DNA from: an uncultured Desulfobacterales bacterium
GTDB taxonomy: Bacteria > Desulfobacterota > Desulfobacteria > Desulfobacterales > JAUVVS01
Length of the DNA: 64,000 nt
Assembly: GCA_964561845.1 (NCBI GenBank)
Contig: CAZLRK010000001.1
Span: forward strand, 14,119 to 78,118
Reading direction: 5' to 3'
Shown here: piece by piece, positions 1-9,419 of the stretch
How positions within the stretch are numbered: the stretch's first letter is position 1
Layout of the letters: every line of letters starts with the position of its first letter
Program-made: the position numbers and the translations under genes
The notes under the pieces: model-generated
What the model saw: the letters and a program-made list of their open reading frames with translations, nothing else
Database searches by the model: none
What the model was told of the DNA's origin: nothing

Positions 1-2
1 CT

Positions 3-311
3 CTTTTGCAGAAAATTGAAGACTGGGGAAAAATTTTATTAAAAGATGTGGATACCGGTGATCAAAAAGACCAGAAAAAGAAAAGAAAGAAGAAAAGTAA
101 GTCGGTTACAGACATTTTAATTGCAAAAAACCCGAATAATCCTTATCCGGTTTATAAGATAATGCAAAAGTCTGTAAAATTCTCAAAGAAAGACCTCCTT
201 GCCTCCATGGAGCATCTGAGCGAAGCGGACTTGCGCCTTAAATCTTCCGGCCAGAACCAAAAACTTATTTTAGAGGAAGCAATTTTCTTCATCTGTCAAT
301 CAAAAAATTAA
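3..311 (+). CDS. holA: DNA polymerase III delta subunit, C-terminal fragment (5' end lies outside the window)
   Basis: The ORF is open to the window edge. The C-terminal sequence (...MEHLSEADLRLKSSGQNQKLILEEAIFFI) looks like the HolA C-terminal domain. This is recognition from memory only. Confidence 0.45.
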   Translation, partial: LLQKIEDWGKILLKDVDTGDQKDQKKKRKKKSKSVTDILIAKNPNNPYPVYKIMQKSVKFSKKDLLASMEHLSEADLRLKSSGQNQKLILEEAIFFICQSKN

Positions 312-439
312 GGTAAACATTTACCACGGAAAGACACGAAAGATCACTGAAAATGTAAAAAAAAGTATTATAAACATTCTAACAGTTCAGTGTAATTAAG
401 TGAAAATCCATGGTAAATTATTACAGGGAGAATGGCGTC

Positions 440-649
440 ATGGGATTTATAAGACAACAGGAAGAACGCCTGGCAATACGCTTATTAATATGGCAGTATG
501 AGAGAATGAAACTTCCTGTGCCTCCCCTGTCAGAACTGGAGCGTATGGCCGGAAAACTTGTTAATGATGCACATCGTATCGCAAGAGAAAGAGGCCGTAA
601 TGTTATTTCGATAATTAAAGATCTTGTTAACGACTTGAAGAAGAAGTAG
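440..649 (+). CDS. small hypothetical protein (about 69 aa)
   Basis: ORF 410..649. The internal ATG at 440 is preceded by GGGAGA. I recognise no family. Confidence 0.35.
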   Translation: MGFIRQQEERLAIRLLIWQYERMKLPVPPLSELERMAGKLVNDAHRIARERGRNVISIIKDLVNDLKKK

Positions 650-694
650 AGGTTGTGAAATTGATTCCTTTTTGCGTCAAAATAAAATGCTAAA

Positions 695-1744
695 ATGAAG
701 ATAAAAGATAACATTGTTAAGGGGAAAACTTTTTCCGATTTCAGTGAGAAAACCATTAAATATTTAAAGGAATTGTCACCTGAAATTCTTGAAGTTCGAA
801 ACACCGATTCGGTTGAAATATTGGGAATGGCCACCGGATCTTACAATATAAACTTTCATGTCAGAGTGGACCAAAAGGAATTTATATTTCGCGTCAATAT
901 TGAACAGCAGAGTGGAATCTTAAACCAGATCGAATATGAATTTATGGTGATGAAATTTATTGAAAGCCACCATATAGCCCCAAAGCCTTATTATTTTGAC
1001 GACAGTCAGGAACATTTTGATTATCCGGTTATGATCGAAGAATATCTTAAGGGACCTATTCTTTCCCTGGAAACGGAAGAAAACATTTCAGAGGTCATTT
1101 CAAAGGTTGCCGGGCTGTTGGCAAGGCTTCACTCTCTTAAACTTAAAGACATGCCTTTTATAATCTGGAAAAACCCGCTGGTGGATACTTATAAGCTGGT
1201 CAATAATGATCTGGTTGAATATGAGGCAAAAAAAACTTCGGAAAAGAAAATAATAGGCCTGGCAAAAAAGGTACTTGCAAAAACCGAAGATGTGGTAAGT
1301 GAACATCAACATCTGTTTCATGCCGATAGTTTAAATCATACCGATTTGTGCTTTGGAAACTTTATCAATATGGCACAGGGTCTTAGATTGATCGACTGGG
1401 AAAAACCTCGTGTTGATGATTACACCTATGACGTTTGTTGTTTCATTTCTGAGCCTGCAGAGATGTATAATTCCAGGAAGGTTCTGAATCCAAAAGAGCG
1501 TATGAACTTTTTAGAAACCTATGCCCGTCTGAGTGGTAAAAATGTGGATCAACTCTTAAAGAGGGTCAAAATCAGAGAACCCCTGATTTCATTGCACTGG
1601 ATACTGTGGGGGGCGAGCAGGCTCTGCGATCTCAGAGATAATTGTACAACACCCGAGTTGCTGGAGGCTCACAGGGAGAGAAGGGTCCAGTATGAACGAA
1701 TCTCCAGGCCGGAGAACATAGAGAAGCTTCTGGAATCTTTGTAG
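695..1744 (+). CDS. phosphotransferase-family protein (aminoglycoside/choline kinase-like, APH fold)
   Basis: 349-aa ORF with kinase-like catalytic motifs HTDLCFGNF and LIDWEKPRVDD, typical of the APH/ChoK family. Confidence 0.65.
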   Translation: MKIKDNIVKGKTFSDFSEKTIKYLKELSPEILEVRNTDSVEILGMATGSYNINFHVRVDQKEFIFRVNIEQQSGILNQIEYEFMVMKFIESHHIAPKPYYFDDSQEHFDYPVMIEEYLKGPILSLETEENISEVISKVAGLLARLHSLKLKDMPFIIWKNPLVDTYKLVNNDLVEYEAKKTSEKKIIGLAKKVLAKTEDVVSEHQHLFHADSLNHTDLCFGNFINMAQGLRLIDWEKPRVDDYTYDVCCFISEPAEMYNSRKVLNPKERMNFLETYARLSGKNVDQLLKRVKIREPLISLHWILWGASRLCDLRDNCTTPELLEAHRERRVQYERISRPENIEKLLESL

Positions 1745-1750
1745 TTTTGT

Positions 1751-2064
1751 AACATTTTAGCCTTATGAAAGTAATTAGTAAAGTTCAAAAGTTACAGCAT
1801 AACAGATTACCAAACTTAGTGAACTACAATTTGTTCGGTAATGCAAATTTCTGAAAGGCAATATCAATTTACTTAGGAGAAGGTGACTAAATATTTGGGA
1901 TTTAACAAACAATATCTCTATTACTAGAGCTTACATGGCGCAAATCCCAAATATTTAGTCACTGTGAACCTCATATGGGTTTAATAGTGATATCGCCTTT
2001 CAGAAACAGGCATTACCTTTTACAACTTTGAAGCTAACTTATTTTTAAACAACTAAAATATTAC
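1751..2064. repeat. family-A modular hairpin element, inverted orientation, with a long palindromic core
   Basis: Its termini (AACATTTTAGCCTTATGAAAGTAATTAG ... AAACAACTAAAATATTAC) are reverse complements of the termini of the 36076-36326 and 38155-38402 elements. The core carries nested inverted repeats, for example GGTAATGCAAATTTCTGAAAGGCAATATCA / TGATATCGCCTTTCAGAAACAGGCATTACC and GGTGACTAAATATTTGGGATTT / AAATCCCAAATATTTAGTCAC. Confidence 0.6.
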
Positions 2065-2106
2065 AAAAAATGTAAATTATAATTAAAAAAGAAAAGGAGA
2101 AAAAAA

Positions 2107-3234
2107 ATGGCAAGATCGACAATCATGATGGTTGGACTTGGTGACCTGGGAGGACATGTCCTTGAAATGCTTGCACGCGCGCCTGGCTCCCGGAAAATTA
2201 TTACAGCTGATATAAATGAGGATTGGGCGTATAGAAAAACGAATATTACGGCCTTTGGCGCATCCCAATTGGGGCATTACCCGGAGTTGGAATTTGTAAA
2301 AATAGATCTTTATAATATCGACCAGTCTGCGGAAATAATTTCAAAATACAAACCCGAGGTCATTTATAGCGCCGTGTCCCTTCAATCGTGGTGGGTTATA
2401 AACACTTTGCCGAAAGAAGTGTTTGAAGAGCTGGATATCGCAAGGTTCGGTCCATGGCTACCCATGCATCTGACACTGGTATACAAGCTAATGCAGGCGG
2501 TAAAACAGACAGGTCTGGATATCAAGGTAATCAACTCTGCCTTTCCTGATGCGACACATACTATTCTAGATAAAGTCGGACTGGCGCCTACCATAGGGAT
2601 AGGAAACGTGGCAAACCCTGTTCCAGGCATCAGAAGCTCCATTGCTTACAGGCTGGGAAGACCCATGAAGGATGTGACGGTTTATTTTTTTGCGCAGCAT
2701 TATGTTAGCCACTATCTACCCCGCTTCGGTACAGCAGGAGGTGCGCCTTATTATTTGAAAGCCGTGGTGGACGGAGAGGATGTAACAAATGACGTAAACA
2801 TGGAAGAAGTATTTGCAGACATTCCTACTCGATTCCGTCGATCCGGCGGCAGGGAAGGTCAGATTCTTACTGCTTCTTCTGCAGCCGGAATAACTTTGGC
2901 CGTGACAGATGATACCGGAGACTTTATGCATGCCCCGGGGCCTTTAGGGTTGCCTGGAGGATATCCCGTACGTGTTAACAGGGACGGCGGAAAAGTTGTC
3001 CTTCCAAAAGGCTTGACAATGGAAGAGGCTGTTCGGATCAATGAAGAAGGACAACGTTATGACGGCATCGATAAGATTGATGATGAAGGTACTGTTACCT
3101 ACGCTGAAAAATCGGTGGAGATTATGAGAAACATGGTAGGTTACGACTGTAAGGTGATGAAGCTGGAAGAAACTGAAGAGCAAACAAAGGAATTGGGGCG
3201 CAAATTCAAAGAATTTGCCGGGAAATACAAATAA
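2107..3234 (+). CDS. NAD(P)-binding Rossmann-fold protein, saccharopine-dehydrogenase-like
   Basis: 375-aa ORF with a strong RBS (AAGGAGA) upstream and an N-terminal dinucleotide-binding motif MMVGLGDLGGHV. The family assignment is tentative. Confidence 0.45.
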   Translation: MARSTIMMVGLGDLGGHVLEMLARAPGSRKIITADINEDWAYRKTNITAFGASQLGHYPELEFVKIDLYNIDQSAEIISKYKPEVIYSAVSLQSWWVINTLPKEVFEELDIARFGPWLPMHLTLVYKLMQAVKQTGLDIKVINSAFPDATHTILDKVGLAPTIGIGNVANPVPGIRSSIAYRLGRPMKDVTVYFFAQHYVSHYLPRFGTAGGAPYYLKAVVDGEDVTNDVNMEEVFADIPTRFRRSGGREGQILTASSAAGITLAVTDDTGDFMHAPGPLGLPGGYPVRVNRDGGKVVLPKGLTMEEAVRINEEGQRYDGIDKIDDEGTVTYAEKSVEIMRNMVGYDCKVMKLEETEEQTKELGRKFKEFAGKYK

Positions 3235-3268
3235 CCTAAAGAATATATTAAAGTATCCGAATGCATTT

Positions 3269-4084
3269 ATGAACGATGAATTTCTTTATCGTGATGTTCC
3301 CGCCTTTGGTCGTCGGGTGTTCCGACTCGGTTTGGCTACCAACTATGGCGTTAACGGAAAGGATTTGGAATGGGCGCTGGAGCAGGGTGTAAACTATGTC
3401 TTTTGGACTCCCAACGCGAAAAGAGTAACAAAGTCGCTTAAAGAGGTTATAAAGCGTGACCGGGAATCACTTGTTTTGGCTTGTGGGCCCACCACCGGAT
3501 ATTTTGGTGGAGGTATCAGGCGCGCCTGTGACCGTTTGCTTAAGAGTCTTGGAACGGACTATCTCGATATTTTTCAGCTTTTTTGGCTTGGTCGTACGAG
3601 CGCTTGGACTCCATCCACGATTGAAGCGTTGGTATCCCTTCGAGAGTCAGGCAAAGTTCGTGCCATTGGGGTGAGCATTCACGACCGGAAACGGGCGGGC
3701 AAGCTTGCCGAAGATTCTCCGCTAGACATGCTTATGATTCGTTATAATGCCGCTCATACAGGCGCCGAGCAGGACATCTTTCCCCACCTTGCCAAAAACA
3801 AACCGGCTATTGTCGCATATACAGCCACTCGATGGCGCAGTTTACTTAAGCGTCCAAAAGGTTGGAACGGACCTGTCATGACCGCAGTTGATTGCTATCG
3901 CTTCTGTCTGTCCAACCCCCATGTGGATCTGGTGCTTACGGGCCCTAAAAACCAGCAGCAACTCCAAGAGAACCTACGTAATCTTCGAGAAAAAGGTCCC
4001 TTGCAAGAAGAAGAAAATCGCTGGATTAGTGACTTTGGGCAGGTTGTACACAAGGCAAGCTCGCGATTTACCTTTAGGTTTTAA
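3269..4084 (+). CDS. aldo/keto reductase family oxidoreductase
   Basis: AKR-like motifs (LGLATNYG, DYLDIFQLFW, ALVSLRESGKVRAIGVS). The start is uncertain: ATG at 3269 or TTG at 3215, the latter overlapping the upstream gene. Confidence 0.7.
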   Translation: MNDEFLYRDVPAFGRRVFRLGLATNYGVNGKDLEWALEQGVNYVFWTPNAKRVTKSLKEVIKRDRESLVLACGPTTGYFGGGIRRACDRLLKSLGTDYLDIFQLFWLGRTSAWTPSTIEALVSLRESGKVRAIGVSIHDRKRAGKLAEDSPLDMLMIRYNAAHTGAEQDIFPHLAKNKPAIVAYTATRWRSLLKRPKGWNGPVMTAVDCYRFCLSNPHVDLVLTGPKNQQQLQENLRNLREKGPLQEEENRWISDFGQVVHKASSRFTFRF

Positions 4085-4105
4085 CATATTGAGAAAGGAG
4101 GTTAT

Positions 4106-5071
4106 ATGAAATCAAAAAATTGGGATGAAGTACTGGTGGCTGATCATGAAATGATCGAGAGAGCTATGGATGTTTTAAAGCGGGAGCTTGAAAAGTTGCC
4201 TGACAATAATCAAGACAAATTTGCAATACAGAGATCCATAGACTTTTTATTGGAATTTGGAGATGGGATACATAACAAGAAAGAGGAAGACTTCCTGTTT
4301 CCTCTTATGATCAAGCGGGGCATTCCGGAAGACGGCCCCATCCGCGTAATGCTGACTGAACACGAAGCTGAACGTGATTTATTACAGCAACTTTTATCCG
4401 AAGCGCCAGAACTATCCTCTGCATCAAGTGAAGACAGGGCTTTTTTTAGGCAACGAGGTGTTGAATACCTGGAAATCCGCGCAGGTCATATATGGAAAGA
4501 AAATGATGTTTTGTTTAAAATGGGCAAACAGGTTATTTCCGAAGAAGAAGATAAAGATCTCGTGAATGAATTTGAATTAATCTGCATATCTGCCTATGGT
4601 GAAAACGCGGATGATAAATTCCGACAGATGCTTGATGAAGTTGAAAAGGGCCATAAGGCCGGAAAGAGCCTGATTTATAATCTTTCCATGGAACAAATCG
4701 ACGCGATAATGGAAACTCTCCCATTTGAGGTTACATTTGTCGATGCTGAAGATACCGTGAGCTATTTTAACCGTCTTGACAAAGAAAAAGTTTTTGTCCG
4801 CAGCCGGTCAGTTGTTGGTAGAAAGGTAGAAAAATGCCATCCTGGGAAAAGTGTGGACAAAGTAAAAAAAATAGTGAATGGATTTAAAAATGGAACTCTG
4901 GAAAAAGCCGAGTTTTGGATTAACTTTAAGGACGGCAAGGTTCTGATCCGATATTATCCGGTTCGAGATGAAGAGGGAAAATACCTCGGTGTTCTGGAAG
5001 TAACACAGGAGATTGGTCCAATTCAAGAGCTTACCGGCGAAAAAAGACTTTTGGATGAGGGTGCGGTATAG
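4106..5071 (+). CDS. hemerythrin-like / DUF438 / PAS-like domain protein
   Basis: 321-aa ORF with RBS AAGGAGG. It has an N-terminal hemerythrin-type helices region and a C-terminal segment (LPFEVTFVDAEDTVSYFN...KCHPGKSV...) typical of DUF438 proteins. Confidence 0.6.
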   Translation: MKSKNWDEVLVADHEMIERAMDVLKRELEKLPDNNQDKFAIQRSIDFLLEFGDGIHNKKEEDFLFPLMIKRGIPEDGPIRVMLTEHEAERDLLQQLLSEAPELSSASSEDRAFFRQRGVEYLEIRAGHIWKENDVLFKMGKQVISEEEDKDLVNEFELICISAYGENADDKFRQMLDEVEKGHKAGKSLIYNLSMEQIDAIMETLPFEVTFVDAEDTVSYFNRLDKEKVFVRSRSVVGRKVEKCHPGKSVDKVKKIVNGFKNGTLEKAEFWINFKDGKVLIRYYPVRDEEGKYLGVLEVTQEIGPIQELTGEKRLLDEGAV

Positions 5072-5147
5072 TGGATGCGAATACAAACTAATGAATTTTT
5101 AAATGCTCAATCCTTGTGCAGATTTTTCTGAAAGGGCAATTTTTACC

Positions 5148-6500
5148 CTAATCATAAATGAAACTAAAGATTGATCTGGGGATAATATTTGTGAAATTAA
5201 TGAAATCAAAAGTGAAATGGGCGAGCATAATGGCCGGGAGAGAACGCGTTCTCAAATAGAGTATCATGAAAAGGGCGCCGATGACCGATGAGACAATCAC
5301 CTTATGAAAACCTCCGCTCCAGTGGATAAGCCCAAAGGCAATTGAGGAGAGCCCAATAATTATGAGGGGGTGCTTGGTAAATCGGGTTAGAAATGCGTGC
5401 ATGTAGCCACGAAAAACCAATTCTTCAAATATTCCCACCATTAAAAGCCCAAAAGTAAGATCAATCCAATTCCACATGGGAGTTCCGATTTTGGGTATAC
5501 CACCCAATTGGGGATAGCCGGGTAATTCATTCAGGATTAGATATCCGTTTGGTCCGATAAACAGACTTGCCAGTGAAGCTATAAGAAATACCGTTAAAAA
5601 TGAAATCACCGGTTGGCTGGTGATTCCTAATTCAGAAAGCTGCATTTTTTTACTGTGAATCAACCAAAGTAAAATTAGAAAAGGAAAAAGTTTCACGGTT
5701 GTATAGTCGATTAAAATCCACAAACGCCAATCGGTGATAAAAATGTTAGAAAAATCGTTCAGGTAAAAAGGGGCGAAAAGTAGGAATGGTATATAAAATA
5801 TTTTTTTATCTTGAGGTGATGACTCGAAATCGATGATGGATGTTTCAAAGGCTTGTTTTTTATCATTTTCTTCTTTTAAAAATTGTATTATTGAATACCC
5901 GCCACCACCTCCAATGACTAGTGCCATCGTCAGAAATACAATAGACCATGCAACCAACTCCGGCATGAAATTTTGCAACCAATCTCCGGATGCGTCACTT
6001 GCGATGGTGGCAAAGCCAAAGCTGAAAGACCATATTATAACGCAAGGTACAATATCACGAGATGAGGCGTTTTCAAAAAGCGCTCTCATCACAAAAGCAG
6101 TTGCAACTCCTCCTATCGCTCCAAATATAGCAAAACTATAAAACGCGAGCACCGCCATTTCTAATGACGATCCTAAAGTATAGAAAAGTGGAGTGACACC
6201 CCCGATGCAACTCAAGGCCCAGACCAGCGAAATAGATAGCCCATGTTTCCACGAGACCTTCCCGCCTACCGTCCTGATGAGGATAGAATGCGACAAACCT
6301 CCCACAAGGCCGAACACCCCTATTGTGATTTGGGCGGCAAGTAAATTTGGAAAGTCGAGAAACCGTGCAGAAAAAATACCGGCAACGCCAAATAAAACCG
6401 CTACTGCCCATCCCAGTATCGAGCGAAAAAGCAAGGAGACTGTGCCTGGTAATGTCGCTTTCACATTATTTGCACACATTTTCGCCGCCCTTTGTGCCAT
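5148..6500 (-). CDS. polytopic membrane protein with a C-terminal CPBP (CAAX/Abi) intramembrane protease domain
   Basis: 450-aa hydrophobic ORF. CPBP motifs FEELVFRGY, FGLIHW and HFTFDF lie in the C-terminal third. Confidence 0.6.
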   Translation of the reverse strand: MAQRAAKMCANNVKATLPGTVSLLFRSILGWAVAVLFGVAGIFSARFLDFPNLLAAQITIGVFGLVGGLSHSILIRTVGGKVSWKHGLSISLVWALSCIGGVTPLFYTLGSSLEMAVLAFYSFAIFGAIGGVATAFVMRALFENASSRDIVPCVIIWSFSFGFATIASDASGDWLQNFMPELVAWSIVFLTMALVIGGGGGYSIIQFLKEENDKKQAFETSIIDFESSPQDKKIFYIPFLLFAPFYLNDFSNIFITDWRLWILIDYTTVKLFPFLILLWLIHSKKMQLSELGITSQPVISFLTVFLIASLASLFIGPNGYLILNELPGYPQLGGIPKIGTPMWNWIDLTFGLLMVGIFEELVFRGYMHAFLTRFTKHPLIIIGLSSIAFGLIHWSGGFHKVIVSSVIGALFMILYLRTRSLPAIMLAHFTFDFINFTNIIPRSIFSFIYD

Positions 6501-6570
6501 GTTCGTAACTAAAAGTAAAATAAATAACTCTGCGTCTTTCAGTGTTCTTTTTGGGGATAAAATATTAAGA

Positions 6571-7233
6571 CTATTTCGCTCCTAAAAGACTACCGATTTT
6601 AACAACGGCGTCTTGTGCATCAAAACCGACTGCATCCGCATTGATTTCATCGGCAAACTCCTGGGTAACAGGGCAACCGCCAACAATTACTTTCACTTTA
6701 TCCCGCAGGTTGGCTTCCTCTAATTGCTTAACCACATAACCCATATTCTCAATGGTCAATGTCAAAAGACTTGACATTCCGACACAATCAGCATTGTGCT
6801 CTATGGCGGCCTTGACAAACGCTTCATTCTCTACATCAATGCCAAGATCCACAACATCGTATCCGTTTGCCTGTAGAACTGCAGCTACCACGGACTTCCC
6901 GATGTCATGGATATCTCCCTTAACCGTTCCGATTACAACCTTTCCTAATGTTTTTCTCGTCTTTCCCTCTGCTTGTATTTTTTCGTCGAGAATGCCGACA
7001 CCTGTCTGCATGACCTCTGCAGCCTGGATTAGTTCTGGAAGAAAAAGTATTCCCGCTCCGAAATCGTTGCCTACCTTGGCAATGCCTTTTGAAAGCCCTT
7101 TTTCAATTGCATCGACAGGATCCATCCCTTTTTCAAGTCCTTCATTTATCAAGTGGGCACATTCATCCTTATAACCATCTATTACGGTCTGAGCGAGTTT
7201 TTCAAAGTATTTTTCGTTTATGTCTTCAGCCAT
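6571..7233 (-). CDS. methyltransferase cognate corrinoid protein (B12-binding)
   Basis: 220 aa. The cobalamin-binding DxHxxG motif is present (GDIHDIGKSVV), followed by a Rossmann-like B12 domain (SSLLT...VIVGG). Confidence 0.85.
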   Translation of the reverse strand: MAEDINEKYFEKLAQTVIDGYKDECAHLINEGLEKGMDPVDAIEKGLSKGIAKVGNDFGAGILFLPELIQAAEVMQTGVGILDEKIQAEGKTRKTLGKVVIGTVKGDIHDIGKSVVAAVLQANGYDVVDLGIDVENEAFVKAAIEHNADCVGMSSLLTLTIENMGYVVKQLEEANLRDKVKVIVGGCPVTQEFADEINADAVGFDAQDAVVKIGSLLGAK

Positions 7234-7290
7234 CTTAATTCTCCTATTTTCTTTTTATATATTTAGATTGATAATTAAACATATTTAAAA

Positions 7291-8754
7291 TTATTCGGCA
7301 TCTCGTTTTACTACAAAATCGAGATAATCGTCGATTTCTTTTTGGATCTCAGGTGATACCGGTGATTGGTGAGTTTCTAATATCTTAGCGGCTTTTTGCT
7401 TTGCCTTTTCCTGTAGATCTGTATGTCCTCTTTCCCATGTCTCAAAAAAGTCCCTGTTACTCAGTTCAGGAATGAAAAACTCTTCTCGATACCAATCTCT
7501 GGTATGCCTTCTATTAAGGTAGCTGCCGGGTAGAGGGCCTACTTCAAGAATCTCGTCGACTGCCATCCTTGCATCATCCACTCGTATGCCCTTAAGATAT
7601 TGGCCGATGAATGAGGCAACTTCATTTTCCAAAACCATTTCAGGCCATGTCACAAAATTGAACCCTGCCATTCCGCCGATATCCCATGAAAGAGAAATTC
7701 CGTTTAGAGCGTAATTGTAAAGTTTGAGAGCTTTTTCATATGATGTTTGCTGATCCGTAGTGCAGGAGTCACAAATGCAGAATCCTGTACAGGGGACACC
7801 GTAATACCTTGCCATAGCGGCAATTCCGCCACCGACCGTTCCGTATTCCGGATTCCCGAATGACCAGAGGCCAGTTCTCATATCCATTGACGGATTAAAG
7901 CTGTTGAAAGTTAAAGGGTGACCGGGCTTATATGCCTGAGTTTGAACAACCAGGGCAAGTGTTTCGGCTATAATCTGAACCAGCATGCCAGCCAAAGTAG
8001 CAGGACCCGTGGCTCCGCCCATGAGGGCGCTATAGGCTGTTATGGGTATGCCGGCATCACAGAAACCGATCAACCAACTGGTATAGTTTACATCGATAAC
8101 CCTGGGCGGATTGATAATAACGTGACCGATTAGATGCGGTTTTTCTTTGAGCACTTCGGCGCCGCCAGCGGCAATCTGCCAAATTTTAATAAGGTCAGGG
8201 ATCTCGTGTTCTGCGCCGGTATTGTAGACCCAGGTGCTGGTTTTATTGGTATTTTTCATCTGTTCGCCAACCAGGATCTGGGAATTGCAGATTTTTGGCT
8301 CATCATACAGCCACATCACTGATTTATACAACCCATGGACGTTTTCAAGGGCATCTGCCATCAGGGTTCCCTCGATGGCATCCTTGCGCGTGGCTTGGCG
8401 CCGTTCTCCGGTTCGAAAATCCTCGATATATCGGCCAGTAACTGTGGCAAAATGCACTTCGTCCCATCCGATATTAATATCGAGTTCAGGATCATTACGT
8501 CCATATAACGTAAAATTTCCAGGGCATTTGCTGAAAGCATCCATGATAATTTTTTCTGAAAATTTTATCAACTTTCCGTCCTGTTCGATTTTGCATCCGA
8601 CTTTTTCAAACATTTTTGCAGCTCGTTCGTCGTCACACCTCATTCCGCCTTCCTCAAGCACCCGAACTGCCGCCTTGTGAATCTTTTTGCATTCTTCTTT
8701 TGTGATAGGATATAGAGATCCCACCAACTTTCCTGTAAAACCTTTCATTCTCAT
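7291..8754 (-). CDS. MttB-superfamily methyltransferase, non-pyrrolysine type (quaternary amine / trimethylamine:corrinoid methyltransferase family)
   Basis: 487-aa uninterrupted ORF with no in-frame TAG. The N-terminus (IHKAAVRVLEEGGMRCDDERAAKMFEKVGC) is typical of the MttB family. It sits between corrinoid-protein genes. Confidence 0.8.
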   Translation of the reverse strand: MRMKGFTGKLVGSLYPITKEECKKIHKAAVRVLEEGGMRCDDERAAKMFEKVGCKIEQDGKLIKFSEKIIMDAFSKCPGNFTLYGRNDPELDINIGWDEVHFATVTGRYIEDFRTGERRQATRKDAIEGTLMADALENVHGLYKSVMWLYDEPKICNSQILVGEQMKNTNKTSTWVYNTGAEHEIPDLIKIWQIAAGGAEVLKEKPHLIGHVIINPPRVIDVNYTSWLIGFCDAGIPITAYSALMGGATGPATLAGMLVQIIAETLALVVQTQAYKPGHPLTFNSFNPSMDMRTGLWSFGNPEYGTVGGGIAAMARYYGVPCTGFCICDSCTTDQQTSYEKALKLYNYALNGISLSWDIGGMAGFNFVTWPEMVLENEVASFIGQYLKGIRVDDARMAVDEILEVGPLPGSYLNRRHTRDWYREEFFIPELSNRDFFETWERGHTDLQEKAKQKAAKILETHQSPVSPEIQKEIDDYLDFVVKRDAE

Positions 8755-8794
8755 GTCTCCTTTCTTGTTGGTTTAATAATTTCTATTCTGTGGA

Positions 8795-9376
8795 TTAAAA
8801 AGAAGGTGGCGTGATCGCCCAAATAGCCTTAACCTTAGTATCTCCGATAGCTTCCCATGCATGAGGAATAGAACTGTCGTAATAAATACTATCACCCGGC
8901 TGTAAAATAATTTGTTGATCACCTATGATCCCTTTGAAGGTTCCTTCTAATACGATGCCACATTCCTCGCCATCATGTTCATAAAGCGCATCTACCTTTG
9001 TGCCTGCAGGATAATTCAGAAAAATAAATTCAATCTTTCGCTGAAAGTCAGGGCACAACATTTCATGCGATGCACCCCAGGGCATGATCAATTTTTTCCG
9101 CTTGTTTTTTCGGACAATGCTAATTCTATTTGGAGATACATCCTTTTTGCTAGTGACTGAATTACCTGGAAGAGTGTTGTTTTCAGCAAACATGCTGGAG
9201 ATAGGTACATCCAGAGCCTCGGCGATCTCCTGGAGTTTGGTGACCGTTGGGACAGAGAGCCCACGCTCAATTTGACTCAACTGACTTTTGGAAACTCCTG
9301 ATCGTTGTGACAGATCATCCAGTGTCATCTTGGTTTCAAGCCTTACAGACCTGAGTTTATCTCCGAGATTTTTCAT
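8795..9376 (-). CDS. XRE-family HTH transcriptional regulator with a C-terminal cupin domain
   Basis: N-terminal HTH_3 (LDDLSQRSGVSKSQLSQIERG) and C-terminal cupin (GDSIYYDSSIPHAWE). Paralog of 24501..25067. Confidence 0.85.
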   Translation of the reverse strand: MKNLGDKLRSVRLETKMTLDDLSQRSGVSKSQLSQIERGLSVPTVTKLQEIAEALDVPISSMFAENNTLPGNSVTSKKDVSPNRISIVRKNKRKKLIMPWGASHEMLCPDFQRKIEFIFLNYPAGTKVDALYEHDGEECGIVLEGTFKGIIGDQQIILQPGDSIYYDSSIPHAWEAIGDTKVKAIWAITPPSF

Positions 9377-9419
9377 TTACTTTATTTTCTTTTAAATTAG
9401 CCTGTTATATCACAATTAT